Source: Scyliorhinus canicula
Lineage: Eukaryota
Assembly (NCBI RefSeq): GCF_902713615.1
Contig: NC_052167.1
Coordinates: 3,286,001-3,350,000 of the forward strand
Reading direction: 5' to 3'
DNA: 64,000 nt
A model generated the notes under the pieces. It saw only the letters and a program-made list of their open reading frames with translations, was not told the DNA's origin and did not search any database. A program made the position numbers and the translations under genes. Shown here one piece after another: positions 1 through 13,250 of the stretch (position 1 is the stretch's first letter; each line of letters starts with the position of its first letter).

Positions 1-269
1 TTCAGCCCATTTTTGTAATTCGAAACACAATGGTTTGTCTGAATTTTGAGGCATTTCAGAACTTTGCACCCCGATTACCATCACCAACCCAGGAACGGGA
101 CTGATGCCAATCATATTTCGCACAGAGTCAGAAGGAAAATTAGAACGTGATCACTCGCAATTGATTTCTAGAAAGTGCAGTCAGTTTCATCATTCAGATG
201 ATCGATCTATACGATTCAAGTACTTATATTAAAGCTGTAGTGTGAAATTATGGAATGACACAGGAATTC

Positions 270-630
270 CTTCATGGGAGGTGGGGGTCGCAGGCTGTGC
301 CAGCATTTATTTGCCCATCCCTAATTGGCCTTGAGGCAATTCAGAGTTAACCACTTTGCTGTGGGTCTGGAACCACATGTAGGCCAGACCATTTAAGGGC
401 GGCAGATTTATTTCCCTAAAGGACGTTAGTGAACCAGATGGTTTTTACGACAATCGACAGTGGTTTCATGATCATCATTAAACTTTTAACTCCAGATTTT
501 TATTGAATTCAAATTTCACCATCTGCAGTGGGAGGATCTGCAGTGGGAGGATTCAAACCCGGGTCCCCAGAGCTTTACCCTGTGTCTCTGGTTTACTAGT
601 CCAATTATAACACAACTAAACCTCCCCTGC
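270..630 (-). mobile_element. Old tRNA-headed SINE with a LINE-like tail
   Basis: Minus-strand B-box-like GGGTTTGAATCC; the tail (gccagcatttatt..gcccatccctaattg) recurs at ~5760, ~6900, ~8960 and ~12020. Confidence 0.55.
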
Positions 631-1585
631 CCATTGTGTCTTTGCTGACCTTTTGAACAAACTATCTATTTAATCTCATTGCCCTGCCCTTCTCCTGCAA
701 TTGTTTCACCCTTTTAGTCTTTATCCAGTTCCCTTTTGAAAGTTGCTATTGAATCTGTTTCCTCCACCCTTTATGGCAGAACATGCCAGATCATAAAACC
801 TTGCTGCGGAGAAACGGTTTCCTCATGGTGCCTCCTGTTCTTTTGCCAAACACCTTCAACCTGTCTTTTCCCTTTATCGGTACCTTCTGCTAACTGGGAA
901 TATTTTCTCTCCATTTACTCTTCCGAAACCCTTCAAGGTTTTGAACACCACCATCTATCCTCCCTTAACCTTCCCTGCTCTGAGAAAAAGAGGCCTGCCT
1001 TCCTGAATCTCTCCACATCACAGAAATCCTGCATCCCTGGATACCACTCTGGTCAATTTCATCCACCCGCCTCTTCAAGGCCTTGGCAGCCTTCCTGAAG
1101 TGTGGTGGCTAAATTTGGATGTGTTTAAACAGAGCTTTCTTTCTTATGCACTCTTGTTTATATAGGTATGGAGCCCTAATGGAGACTGGTATCTGTATGC
1201 CCCCAGACAACTCTGCCAGTGAACATAGAACATACAGTGCAGGAGGAGGCCATTCGGCCCATCGAGTCTGCACCGACCCACTAAACCCCTCACTTCTACC
1301 CTATCCCCGTAACCCAATAACCCCTCCTAAACTTTTTGGACATTAAGGGCAATTTAGCATGGCCAATCCACCTACCCTGCACGTCTTTGGACTGTGGGAG
1401 GAAACCGGAGCACCCGGAGGAAACCCACTCAGCGCCCTCCCTTTACATTTGTGCCATTTTTGTTTACACTGTGTCTCATCTTTCCTCCTACTAAAGTGCA
1501 TTACTCCCATCAAAATTATTTAGTTCTTCAGATTGATAAAGCACTGGATGCTGAAATGTTGCTGTACTTTCTGTCTGCTGTGCAG

Positions 1586-1731
1586 AATAAAGAAGTGTAA
1601 GGATTACTATGAAATCCTTGGGCTAACTAAAGATGCGTTAGAGGAGGACCTGAAAAAAGCCTACAGAAAACTGGCATTAAAGTTTCACCCTGACAAGAAC
1701 CAGGCGCCAGGAGCTACAGAGGCATTCAAAG
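1586..1731 (+). CDS. DNAJB12: DNAJB12 internal coding exon (J-domain N-half with HPD motif); earlier exons lie upstream of the window
   Basis: tgcag| acceptor and |gttagt donor; encodes (R)[48 protein letters not shown]; 146 nt; phase matches the next exon. Confidence 0.95.
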
Positions 1732-2143
1732 GTTAGTGGCCTGGTGCTTGGGCATCCAGCTAGGTTAGGAGGAGAATGCTTGAAAATCTACTGGACTTTA
1801 TTGTTGAAAAGAATAATGGCACCTTCTTATCACAGCCATCTCACCATAATGAATTATATTGAAAGGCAGTTGCTGCCAAAATAGAAACAAATGTGGCGAT
1901 GTTAGTAAAATAAAATTAGTTTTAAGGGATTTAGAAATAAGGTATTGTTTTAAGTGGGTTTTAAGTTAGTGTTTCTGTGCCTGGAAGGGTTAAATCTATA
2001 TTTAGATTAATGTGTGTGTATGAAGGGGGGTTAATGGAGTATTGTACCAAAATCCAATATTTTCATGTTCAACAAGAATTTTTTTTCGTATTGAAACTAA
2101 TTAGCAATCCTAGACTGTTCCTCCTTGTGTTATTAAAGTGAGT

Positions 2144-2470
2144 TAGAACATAGAACATACAGTGCAGAAGGAGGCCATTCGACCCATCGAGTCTGCACCG
2201 ATCCACTTAAACCCTCACTTCCACCCTATTCCCGTAACCCAATAACCCCTTCTAACCCTTTTGGACACTTAAGGGCAATTTATCATGGCCAATCCACCTA
2301 ACCTGCACGTCTTTGGACTGTGGGAGGAAACCGGAGCACCCGGAGGAAACCCACGCAGACACGGGGAGAACGTGCAGACTCCGCACAGACAGTGACCCAA
2401 GCCGGAATCGAACCTGGGACACTGACGCTGTGAAGTCACAGTGCTAACCACTTGTGCTACCGTGTTGCCC
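2144..2470 (-). mobile_element. V-SINE (HE1-like), CR1-tail type A; representative of many copies (e.g. ~1222, 10290, 22148, 30868, 34449, 56715, 63300)
   Basis: tRNA-like A/B boxes, V-domain (gtgtctgcgtgggtttcctccgggtgctccggtttcctcccacagtccaaag), and tail gcagactcgatgggccgaatggcctccttctgcactgta(tgttcta)n. Confidence 0.85.
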
Positions 2471-2573
2471 TCCAGTGTGGTCTTTTGAGCCCGGATTCCA
2501 TTTTGGGATCTTCCTGTCCAATTAGAACACCAACTGGAATCATAACAGCGATAATTTCTGAGATTACACAAAC

Positions 2574-2793
2574 AAATTCATCTCATCAGTGAAAGGTGAA
2601 AATCGCTTATTGTCACGAGTAGGCTTCAAATGAAGTTACTGTGAAAAGCCCCTAGTCGCCACATTCCGGCGCCCGTAACAGCCTCCCCGAACAGGTGCCG
2701 GAATGTGGCGACTAGGGGCTTTTCACAGTAACTTCATTTGATGCCTACTCTTGACAATAAGCGATTTTCACCTTTCACTGATGAGATGAATTT
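2574..2793. repeat. 220-bp near-perfect inverted repeat (103-bp arms, 14-nt spacer) built from a SINE tail plus flank
   Basis: 2574-2676 is the reverse complement of 2691-2793 with 4 mismatches. Confidence 0.9.
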
Positions 2794-4087
2794 AGTACTT
2801 AATCTTTTTTTTTAAATTTCCAATTAAGGGGCAATTTAGCATGGCCAATCCACCTAACCTGCACATCTTTGGGTTGTGGGGGTGAGACCCACGCAGACAC
2901 GGGGAGAATGTGCAAATTCCACACCGACTGTGCCCTGGGGCTGGAATCGAACCCGGTCCTCCCGCTGTCAGGCAGCAGTACTAATCACTATGCCACCGAT
3001 CAGGACATGGGGTGAAGGCTTTATGTTCTTCACCATGTTGTGGGAGTCAGATGTTCACCAGAAAAGACCGGCAAGGCCTATCTCATTATGTCTCTTCCAA
3101 AGGACCTCTGACTGCTCAGCATTCCTTTAACTCTGCCCAGTCATTTGTCAAGACTTTGTGTCCTGCTCCTGGAGTGGGGTTTGAAGCAACAACCTTCTAT
3201 TCAGAGATGAGTGTGCTCGCAAGTGAACAATGCTGGCATTAGTCCACAGTACTGATCTGCAGGGTCATTTAATTCACACCTGTAAGATGAACTTCTCCTT
3301 TCTGACAATGAACCTTAAGAAGCAAAGTTTATCGCTGACGTTTAGACATCAGTGCCAGTAGTGAGTAGGGAATTTGATTTGACTGGGCATTGGCCCTTCC
3401 AGATACTGTCACTTGTTACAGACTTAGACACACGGTGCCTGAGGAAGAGAGTTCTATAGATACAGAGCCTGAGAATTGGGAGCATCAGACTGAGCGGACA
3501 GTAGGTTTTACATTTCTAATTTTCATAAGTATTTTACTTTGGCATGTCTTGCTCATCCCTACAAAAACTCTCATTGTGACTATTAGGAACATCAAAATTG
3601 TTAGACATAAGATGGTATGGTTGCTTTATGGGCAGCATTACCCATATTTCATCCCTTAATCAAAGTCGATCTTTTTGACCTCCTAAGAAATAGGGGCAGT
3701 AGTAGACCATATGGCCCCATTCCATATGCTCATAGCTGAACTACTGCAACTCCATCTTCCTAACCTGTCCCTTGCTTCCCTTAGTACCCAAGAACCTATC
3801 AATCTCAGTCTTGAATACTCACAACTGAGTATCCACTCCTCTGGGACAGAGTTGCTCAAAAAAAGAAATGTAATTTGAAAGCTCAATGTGTCTTAAATTC
3901 TGCAAACATATGTTATTTGCCCCATTGTGGCACAATGCGTGCAAATTCCGAGTAAATGATAAATTATTTGAATGGTTGAATGCGAAGGCCCAGCCAGCCT
4001 GGAGGGAACAGGCTTTGGCTTGAAGATCCTCTGTCTCTTCCTGCCCTTTATGACTCTTGTTCTGATCTGCTGTCCCCTTTCCTGCAG

Positions 4088-4273
4088 CTATTGGGAATGC
4101 ATACGCAGTGCTCAGCAACGCAGAGAAGCGGAAACAGTACGACTTGTACGGCGATGAGAAACAGGCTGCTAACCGGCACAGTCACAGTGCCTCCGACTAC
4201 CACAGAGGCTTTGAGGCTGACATCTCACCTGAGGATCTCTTCAACATGTTCTTTGGTGGCGGATTCCCCTCTG
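4088..4273 (+). CDS. DNAJB12: DNAJB12 coding exon (J-domain C-half and G/F-rich region)
   Basis: cctgcag| acceptor and |gtacgt donor; [22 protein letters not shown]...[21 protein letters not shown]; 186 nt. Confidence 0.95.
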
Positions 4274-5173
4274 GTACGTTTTGGTTGCAATTGAGAAAGT
4301 ATTTCTGACACTATTATGAGTAATACTGGTTTTAACTACTGTTATAATGTCACCAGGTTAGCATCTATCCCAGAGTAATAACATCAATAGAATTATAGGA
4401 ATGAGAACTGCTGAGCAAGTTTGGTTCACTGATAGCCCTGCTCATTAATAAATTGCTCTTGCCGCTTATTTATCATTCCCAGAGATTGTTCTTTAACCCA
4501 AGTGTAAACTGAAGCAGCAGTCTTTTCAGACCATTGTTTCTTCACTGAATTTGCAATTAAACCACTTTGGAGGCAGGAGGTGGCTGTTTGGCCCATCGTC
4601 TTGATGCCAGCACTAACTCCACGCTGGAACTCTCGCGACCTGTTATCCTGCTCTTGCCCTGCACCCTTTAATGTTTTGGCCTATCAAGTTCCTTCTCAAA
4701 TGTTGTGCTTAAACTGTTTTGAGGGCAGGGATTTATTGAAAATCAAGTCACGATCCTGTGAGAGGAAGATGTCATTCAAATAATCGGCCAACCTCCTGTA
4801 AAAGAGGGCAGCGTTTCCTCATTCGGTACCCAAATTTATATGTTAAAGATCATTTCAAAATGTGCAAATAAGGCAGCCGCACACTTCTACCACTAGAGCT
4901 TGGTACCATCAAATAAGATAGTCACTGACAACTCTGATAGGGAATACAGGAGAAACTTCATTATCCTGAGAGTGGTTGAGAGTGAGTAGAACTTGCTACC
5001 ATGAGGGCTGAATGGTCTGTTCCTGTGCTGTAAATACTTTATAAATCTAAGCACGGTTACTTTCTAAGTTCATTTTATAAAGATGGTGAAGCAGCCATTC
5101 TAATCTCATTGAACATTTCAGGCGGCCAGACACCCTCTTCATATTGTTATTTCTTCTCCTCCTCATCCTCCAG

Positions 5174-5250
5174 GCAATGTTCATGTATATAGTAATGGAC
5201 GAATGCGTTACACGTACCACAGACCTGAGCGACGGGATCAGCAGGGTGAT
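5174..5250 (+). CDS. DNAJB12: DNAJB12 coding exon
   Basis: Pyrimidine tract + ccag| acceptor and |gtgagt donor; (G)NVHVYSNGRMRYTYHRPERRDQQGD; 77 nt. Confidence 0.93.
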
Positions 5251-7383
5251 GTGAGTATATAGGATCATAGTCTTCTGCAGCACTGAAGAAAGACTCTCGT
5301 TGTGCTTGTGCCAACTTGAAGGAGTCCTATTGGTCTGAGCTTTCCCATACCCTTCGTAACTGATTTTTGAACCATCGCCTCTTCCCTTCCAAAAACTAGC
5401 AGGGATTCTGATCTCTGCTGTTTCAGGCTGTGAATGATTGTAGCCCTTATCTTGGATTTCCCTCCCCTATCAGAGGGGGATAGCTTCTCTGTATTTCACA
5501 GAATCAAAGAATACTTATGGCACAGAAGGAGGTCATGGCTCTCTGAAGATAAATTTGCTGAGTGGCTGTGTCCCCGGCCTTCTGCCTATAACCCTGCACA
5601 TTCTCCCTCTTCCTATAATAATCCAACTCTCAAATGTTCAATCGACCCCACACTCTCAGACAGTGTATTCCATATCCTAGCCCCTCGCTGCATGAACAGT
5701 TTTTCCTCGTGTCTCCATTGCTTCTTTTGTCAATTACCTTAAATATTTAATTCATTTTATCAGATGTGGGTGTCACTGGTTTATTGCCCATCCCTCGTTG
5801 CCCTTCAGCAGGTGGTGGTGAGCTGCCATATTGAACCGCTGCAGTCCTGAGGTGTAGGTACACCCACTGTGCTGTTATTCAGGAATGAGTTCCAGGATGT
5901 TGTCCCAGCGACGGTGAAGGAATGGCGATTATATTTCCAAGTCAGGGTGATTTTGAAAGCCTCTGTCAAACCTAATCTCTCCACCTTTTGAAAAAAAAAC
6001 AATCCCAACCTCTAATCTACCTACGTAAGTGAAGTTACTTATCGACCATACTAATTATTTTCATAATTTCAAACGCCTCAATTAGATTAGTCCTTAACCT
6101 TCAAAAGAAACTCGAGGGAGTTCAGGCCAAGTTTATACCTTTTAAATCCCAATGCTAGCAGAAACAAAGCTTTGGAATTATTTGAGAAACAGTTGAATAC
6201 TGCCGCGGGGGATTGTAGGGGGTTTCTAGATGTATTCTATATAGATACAGGCATTTTTTCATTTTGGTAAGCATTGGGCCATTATGTTTGATGGAAATCA
6301 TCTTTGTTTTAAATCCTTTGATTGCTGAACCAAACGTCTAGACTTGTACAGGGTCTTATCTTAAATTGCATTACTGTTGCTTTTTTTCTGAAATAATGAC
6401 AATGATTTGAGCTCATTGCGAGACTGTGATGTGATTATGTATGCTGCGCAACTAGGGAATCAGCACTGAGTTATACAGAGAGTTGAACATTCCCCAAGTG
6501 CATTTACCGTCAATCTCCATCTGCTTAAAAAGTGGTTTCAGAATTGTTGCCCAGGTATTACTTTATATTCTGTTTTATCCACAGTCTGTGTCTGTGTATA
6601 TAAATTGGTAGAACCCAGACGCACCATCTCTGCCAGGTCCTGGGACAGCACCTTCCAAACACACAACCTCTGCCAGGCCCTGGGACAGCACAAGCTCTGC
6701 CATCTAGAAGGACAAGGGCAGCAGATGCATGGGAACACCTGAAATTTCCCCTCCAAGCCACTCACCATCCTGACTTGGAAATATATTGCCATTTTATTCC
6801 TTGTTGCTGGATCAAAATCCTGGAACTCCCTTCCTAACAGCACTGTAGATGCACCTACACCACATGGAATGGAGTAGTTCAAGAAGGTGGCTCATCGGCA
6901 CATTTCTGAGGGCAATTAGGAATGGGCAATAAATGCTGGCCTAGCCACACCCATGATCGAATTTCAAAAACATTCTCATTGGTGGCATGGTGGGGCGGTG
7001 GTTAGCACTGCTGCCTTACATCGCCGTGGACCCGAGGACAAGCCCGGCCCCGGGTCACTGTCCGTGTGGAGTTTGCACGTTCTCCCCGTATCTGCGTGGG
7101 TCTCACCCCCGCAAAAGATGTGCAGGGTAGGTGGATTGGCCACGCCAAATTGCCACTTAATTGGGGAAAAAAAAGAATTGGGTACTCTAAATATATATTT
7201 TTGTTCTTGTCAACAAATGGATTCAGTAGTTTAAATGCACCAAGAATATACTCTGTATATGGGTGAGACGAACTCGGACACTGTTGCTATGCTTATCTAG
7301 TTGCTCGGGTGTGTGTGAGACATTTGTACCATTTAAACATACTTGGTGTGTAATCTGATTGTATTCCTGTTTTTCTTTAGCAG

Positions 7384-7493
7384 GGTGGCTTGGCACTCTT
7401 TGTACAGTTAATGCCTATTCTGATCCTGGTTCTTGTCTCTGTGATTAGTCAAATGATGGTGTCGAGCCCTCCCTACAGTCTGAGCTACAGGCC
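7384..7493 (+). CDS. DNAJB12: DNAJB12 coding exon (transmembrane helix)
   Basis: tttagcag| tandem acceptor and |gtaagt donor; [37 protein letters not shown]; 110 nt. Confidence 0.93.
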
Positions 7494-8578
7494 GTAAGTA
7501 AAACCTTGAGTTCATGCCGTGTTTTCATCACTGGATAAAGTCTACTTCATTGTCCAAATTCAAGGAGGACATCTGACCTCTTCTTTACCTTGAATGGCCT
7601 CGTAATAGTGAGCGGGTTCATTGTAACGCAAGCTGGAAAGAGAGTTAAAGTAATTTGGTCTGGCAGGTTGCAGAGACCTTTCCAAGGTGATTTGGCCACT
7701 GGCATTGGGGATTAACTGGTGGCCGTGTATTTGGGGAAGCTATATTCTTTGATCCGTGTAGGTAGAGTTTTGTACACGCATGGATTCAAGTGGTTACATG
7801 GAGTTAGGAACTTTTACGGTCATCCCATACCCTGAAGTTACGTTAGAAAGGTTTGCTTCCCTTCGTCCTGCAGGTGAGTCTATCGAACAAACTGCATTCA
7901 TATAGCGCAAATAATATAAAACAAAGTCCCAAGACACTTTGTAGGTAAGAAAGGGAAGGCAGAAACTAGCAGGCTGGATTAAAAGGATGTTTTTTTAAGG
8001 AGGTTTTCAAAGTTAGAACGGTGGAGGGACTGAGGGAGAGAAGGCAGCTTGGAGGCTTTGCCAAGGCAGATTTCTTTAAGACTTTGGAGAGATTTGCAGA
8101 CAGTGTGAGATTTTGAGTGTAACATTTTGGGAGATAGGACATTGGGTGCAGAGCAGGACAGAAGCGCCACAAGTTTGGAGAGTTTGACATTTGTAGAAGT
8201 GGGGAGGCCAATGTGGAGAGTGTTGGAGTGTTCTGAAAAGCAGCACATGCAACAAGCGAGAGTTGAGACGTGTTGGGGAGCCCAGAATAGACCAGGAGTG
8301 AGCAAGCATGCTTCCCAGAGTAAGCTGCAGTAACACCCATCACAATGACATGGATACAAAAACCCACCTCCCTCCTCAACCTTTTAAATCCTCAAACAGT
8401 GACCTAAATTTCTAGTTTTATATAAAGTAGAATACTTGAGTGTGGTAGAAAGGTCATTGGGCTGAATTGTGAAGTGTTTCTCAAGCCACAGATGTTCCTC
8501 GGGGCCTGCGATGTTGCCCAATTGTAGAAACAGCACCTGTGGTAAGTTTTCTAATCTTGAGCTGTTGTTTGTTCTCAG

Positions 8579-8751
8579 GTCCACTGGTCACATTCACAGA
8601 CGGACGACAGAAGTACTGAAGGTGCATTATTTTGTGGCAGATAAATTTACGACAGAATATACGGGGCAGAATCTGAAGTTGGTGGAACGGAATGTGGAAG
8701 AGGATTTCATTGCAAACTTGCGGAATAACTGCTGGAAAGAGAAACAACAGA
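8579..8751 (+). CDS. DNAJB12: DNAJB12 coding exon (lumenal DUF1977 domain)
   Basis: ttctcag| acceptor and |gtgagt donor; STGHIHRRTTEVLKVHYFVADKF...VEEDFIANLRNNCWKEKQQ; 173 nt. Confidence 0.94.
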
Positions 8752-9828
8752 GTGAGTGATTGGAGGGGGCCGGGTGATGGAGGAGGTGCGGGGAGAAGAA
8801 TGATTTTTTACATGCAATGAACTTGAGCAACGTGCACCCCAGAAGGTACAGACTAATCATGGCTGCATGACCAAATCAAAGCATCCCGTGTACCCCAGTA
8901 ACTCACCCTGCAAACTCCATGTAATTATTTTAACATCACAAGCTCTAGATCCGGGGTAACCAGCATTTATTTCCCATCCTGAGTTTTCCTTGGAAAAGGT
9001 GGTTGTGAACCATCTTCTTGAACTGCTGCTATCCAAGGTATTCCCAAATACTGTGGGGTGGGGTCGGGTTTTGAACCAGCAACGATCGAGTGAACAATAC
9101 ATGGCCAAGTTGGAATGGCTTGTGACTTGGATGGGAACCGTTTGATAGTATTTAAGCCATGTCTCCAGTGCTTTTGGGGGGGGGGGGGAAGTAAGGTAGC
9201 GCAGTGGATAGCACTGCTGCCTCACGGCGCCCAGGACTCTGGTTTGATCCCAGCCCCGGTCACTGTCTCTGTGGGTCTCACCCCCCACAATCCAAAAACA
9301 TGTGCAGGGTAGGTGAATTGGCCACATTAAATTGCCCCTTAATTGGGGGGAACAAAAGAATTGGGTACTCTGAATTCATTTTTAAAAAAGACTCCAGTGT
9401 TGGGACCTTCAGAAGGTGCTGTGCGTATTAAATGGAAGTCACATCTTGCTGTCTGGTAATTCTGGATGGATGTAAAAGGCTCCATACCATTATTTGAAGA
9501 GGGCAAAGCTATTTCAGCGCTTTGATTAATATTCAGAGAACTAATGTTCTCTTATCAACATCATAAAAAGACTAATTTATCCCCTTAATATTTGTGGGTT
9601 GTAACTGCATCTAAAATGACTATTGTTTCCCCACAGAAGTCTCTGCACTTTCAAATATTTATTGTCACACTTCGAGATGTTGTAGAGCACAACAGACGGA
9701 TACAAGTATTTGTTCTGTTCTGCCAAAGTTGCTGTTGAAGTCTGTGTTGACAAGAGGTGTGAAATCACAATGGCTGCCCGTGGTACAAACTGCCCATTCT
9801 CACTTGCATTTTTATTTTGGCTCTACAG

Positions 9829-9950
9829 AAGAGGGGTTGTTGTATCGTGCCCGGTACTTTGGAGATGTAGATCTCTACCAGAGAGCCCAGAAGATGAGCA
9901 CACCGAGCTGTACCAGGCTATCAGAGGTTCAGGCTTCCCTGCACGTTTAG
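9829..9950 (+). CDS. DNAJB12: DNAJB12 last coding exon (stop TAG ends at 9950; exon probably continues to a donor at 9985)
   Basis: ctacag| acceptor; (K)EGLLYRARYFGDVDLYQRAQKMSTPSCTRLSEVQASLHV*. The C-terminus and the ANAPC16/ASCC1 synteny favour DNAJB12 over DNAJB14. Confidence 0.93.
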
Positions 9951-12494
9951 AACAGAATCTGTGACATCAGTAACCAGAGACCAGGTATGTCCTGTGGGTA
10001 TTAACATTCATTTACCTTCATTTCTTTTGATCTGTTGGCTATCCGGCAGATACAGAAACTCATTAGCATATTGAAGAGCCTCCAGATCAAGCTGCGAGGA
10101 CTCTCTTCCTGCAGAAACACATACTGCACAGATAAATCTAGAGGATTTAGGCATAGTTTGTGAAGGACAGAGGCTGTAAGAGCTATGATTTGGTAGCAGT
10201 ATTGTCCTGAGTATGTAAAGCACCTTGGTTTTAATCATATTCTATTCACCAGCTCTGTGATTTTTGGATCACAACTCTGTATGAATCATTGAATTTACAG
10301 TGCAGAAGGAGGCCATTCGGCCAATTGAGTGTGCACCAGGCCTTGGAAAGAGCATCCTACTTAAGTCACACACCCCACCCTGTCCCCGTAAGACAATAAC
10401 GCCACCTAATCTTTTTGGACACTTAAGGGCAATTTAGCACGCCAATCCACCTAACCTGCATATCTTTGGACTGTTGGAGGAAACCGGAGCACCCGGAGGA
10501 AACCCACGCAGACACTGGGAGAATGTGCAGACTCCGCACCAACAATGACCTAAGCCAGGAATCAAGCCTGGGACCCTGGAGCTGTGAAGCAACAATGCTA
10601 ACCACTGTGCTACCGTGCCATACCTGAAGTTAAAAACTCACCACTATTCTTAGAATTCCCCCTATACCAAAAATGGTCGATATTCTAAATGGTGAACAGG
10701 GATTCTCACTCCCTGACTCCGATGCAGGCTTGGATGGGTGCTATTCAGGTCAAACTATATTTTCAAGTTATCCCCGGTATAACCCATACCTTTACCGAAG
10801 AATTTTACCTACTTACCCCTTAGTAGCATTGATATCCTGGGTCCTGCGTTGTCAAGTAAGTAAAGTAGGCTAATAACCACTGTTTCAGGTTAAAACTTTT
10901 AAGTTATATTATTATTATTTTTTTCTTTTAAAAAGATGCAATCACTGTCTTTACAGAAAAGTAAAAAGATCTTGCTTCTGGATCCTTCTGGTTGGTTGAA
11001 GGGACCTTCAGGCCCAACTTGACAATCAATCTTCTTTTTAAAATCTGGTCTTCTTTAGATATATTCGCTGGTGAGCTCGGTTGCTATGTCCTATCTTTCC
11101 CATGTACCGAGCTGGCTCTGCTGGCTGTCCCCTTTCTTCGGGTTTATATTCTCTTTCCAACAGTTATTAAGTTTTATGACTTTATTGTAAAGTAACTTTA
11201 TTTCCCTTGGATTGTAAAAGGTACCTTTAATCTGAATTTTTCTAACATGACTAAGTATCATTTTGACATGGCCTTACCTCTCAGGTCTCTGATTACATTG
11301 TTTCCTTTGTGATGTTCAAAGTTCCTTTGTGATATTCAAAAATGCTTTGGTTTCAAGTTATCCCCCGGTATAACCCATACCTTTACCGAATTTTGGGTTG
11401 GTTCCTGTCATTTCTATAGTTTTATTTTCCAATTCTGTCCCCAGCTCATAATTTTGACTTTGATTTCAGCTTTAAATTATGTTTCTCGTAGACTGATAGT
11501 CTCCAGTTTTCTTTAATTTACTTGGTGTTAGCAGAATTTCACACCTAGAATTGTCACCAAATTCAACTGAACCTCACCCTTTCCTTTCCAGCTGCTTACT
11601 AAGAGAGTTAATTTCAATGAAGGTGTGAAACATTGCTTTTAGCTGTATGCTAAAATCCACTTGATTATAACTTGAAAGTTTTACGTTTATCACTAACTCA
11701 ACTGAAACCCTCATCCATGCTTTTCCAGATGCTTACTAAGATAGTTACTTTCAATGAAGGTGTGAACCATTGTTTTTAGCTTCATACAAAAATCCTGTTT
11801 TGTTTGTTTGGGAGAAGGAATCTACATTTTATAATCCTGCTCTTTGCAGCTGCTGTTAACCCTTTGTGGGATCTTTCCCTGTATCCTCTTGTGTTTCTCT
11901 CAGACCAGATATTGCCAGACTTCCATGTTTCAAATGACACATCTTTCCATATTTCCAATTACACACCGTGTATGTTGGAACTGTCAGTTATTTTTTCTTT
12001 ATTCTCTGACGGAATGTGGGTGTCGTTGACACAGCCAGAATTTGTTGCCCATCCCTAATTACCCTTGAACTGAGCGTCACGCTCGACTATTTCAGAGGGG
12101 CAGTTAAGAGTCAGCCATAATACTGTGGGTCCGGAGTCACATGTGATTTCCTTCCCTAAAGGACATTAGTGAGCCAGATGGGTTTTTACGACAATCGACA
12201 ACTCATTTCCACAATTAAACTGTTCCCAAAGCTTTTTCCATTATTTGTTCTCCAACTCCCACTTTCTCCCGTCTCTTGGTGCGGCGCAGTGGTTAGCACT
12301 GCTGTCTCACGACGCCGCGGGCCCGGGTTCAATCCCAGCACCGGGTCACTGTCCGTGTGGAGTTTGCACGTTCTCCCTGTGTTTGCGTGGGTCTCGCCCT
12401 CACAACCCAAAGATGTGCAGGCTAGGTGGATTGGCCACTCTAAATTGCCCCTTAATTGGAAAAAAAAATTGGATATTCCACATTTTTTTTTTTA

Positions 12495-13250
12495 AATTTC
12501 CCCTCTGGACCCTTTTACATCTCTCCCCTCTCACCTTAAACCTATGCCCTCCAGCTTTAGACTCCCCTACCTTTGGGAAAAGATGTTGACTATCTACCTT
12601 ATCTATGCCCCTCATTATTTTATAGACCTCTATAAGATCACCCCTGCCTCCTACACTCCAGGGAAAAAAGTCACAGCCTATCCGGCCTCTCCTTATAACT
12701 CAGACCATCAAGTTTCGGTAGCATCCTCGTAAATCTCTTCTGCACTCTTTCTAGTTTAATAATATCCTTCCTATAATAGGGTGACCAGAACTGTACACAG
12801 TAATCCAAGTATGGCCTTACTAATGTACAACTTCATCAAGACGTCCCAACTCCTGTAATCAATGTTCTGACCAATGAAACCAAGCATGCCGAATGTTTTC
12901 TTCTTCTACCCTGTCTACCTGTCACTCCACTTTCAAGGAGTTATGAAACTGTATTCCTAGATATTTGTTCTATAACTCTCCGCACCACCCTACCATTAAC
13001 TGAAAATCACCCCTCTACAGCCATCCTTTGTCTTCTGCTGTCAAGCAAATTTTGTATCCAATTGGCTACCTCACCCTGGATCCTGTGAGATTTAACCTTA
13101 TGCAACAACCTACCTTATTAAAACCCCGTGCTAAAGCCCATGTAGACAACGTCGACTGCACTGCCCTCATTTACCTTCTTGGTTACCCTTTCAAAAACTC
13201 ATTCAAATCAGTGAGACATGATTTTCCACTCACAAAGCTATGCTGACATT
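12495..13250 (-). mobile_element. Degraded CR1 LINE ORF2 3' fragment
   Basis: Homologous to 26200-27300 (ggtgaccagaactgtacacagta; ..RGIDKVDSQHLFP..GHRFKVRGER). Confidence 0.75.

Noticed and set aside
2269-2571. Recurrent small ORFs such as GHCLCGVCTFSPCLRGFPPGAPVSSHSPK that look like a Cys-rich gene family
   Set aside because: They are translations of the V-SINE core in various frames.
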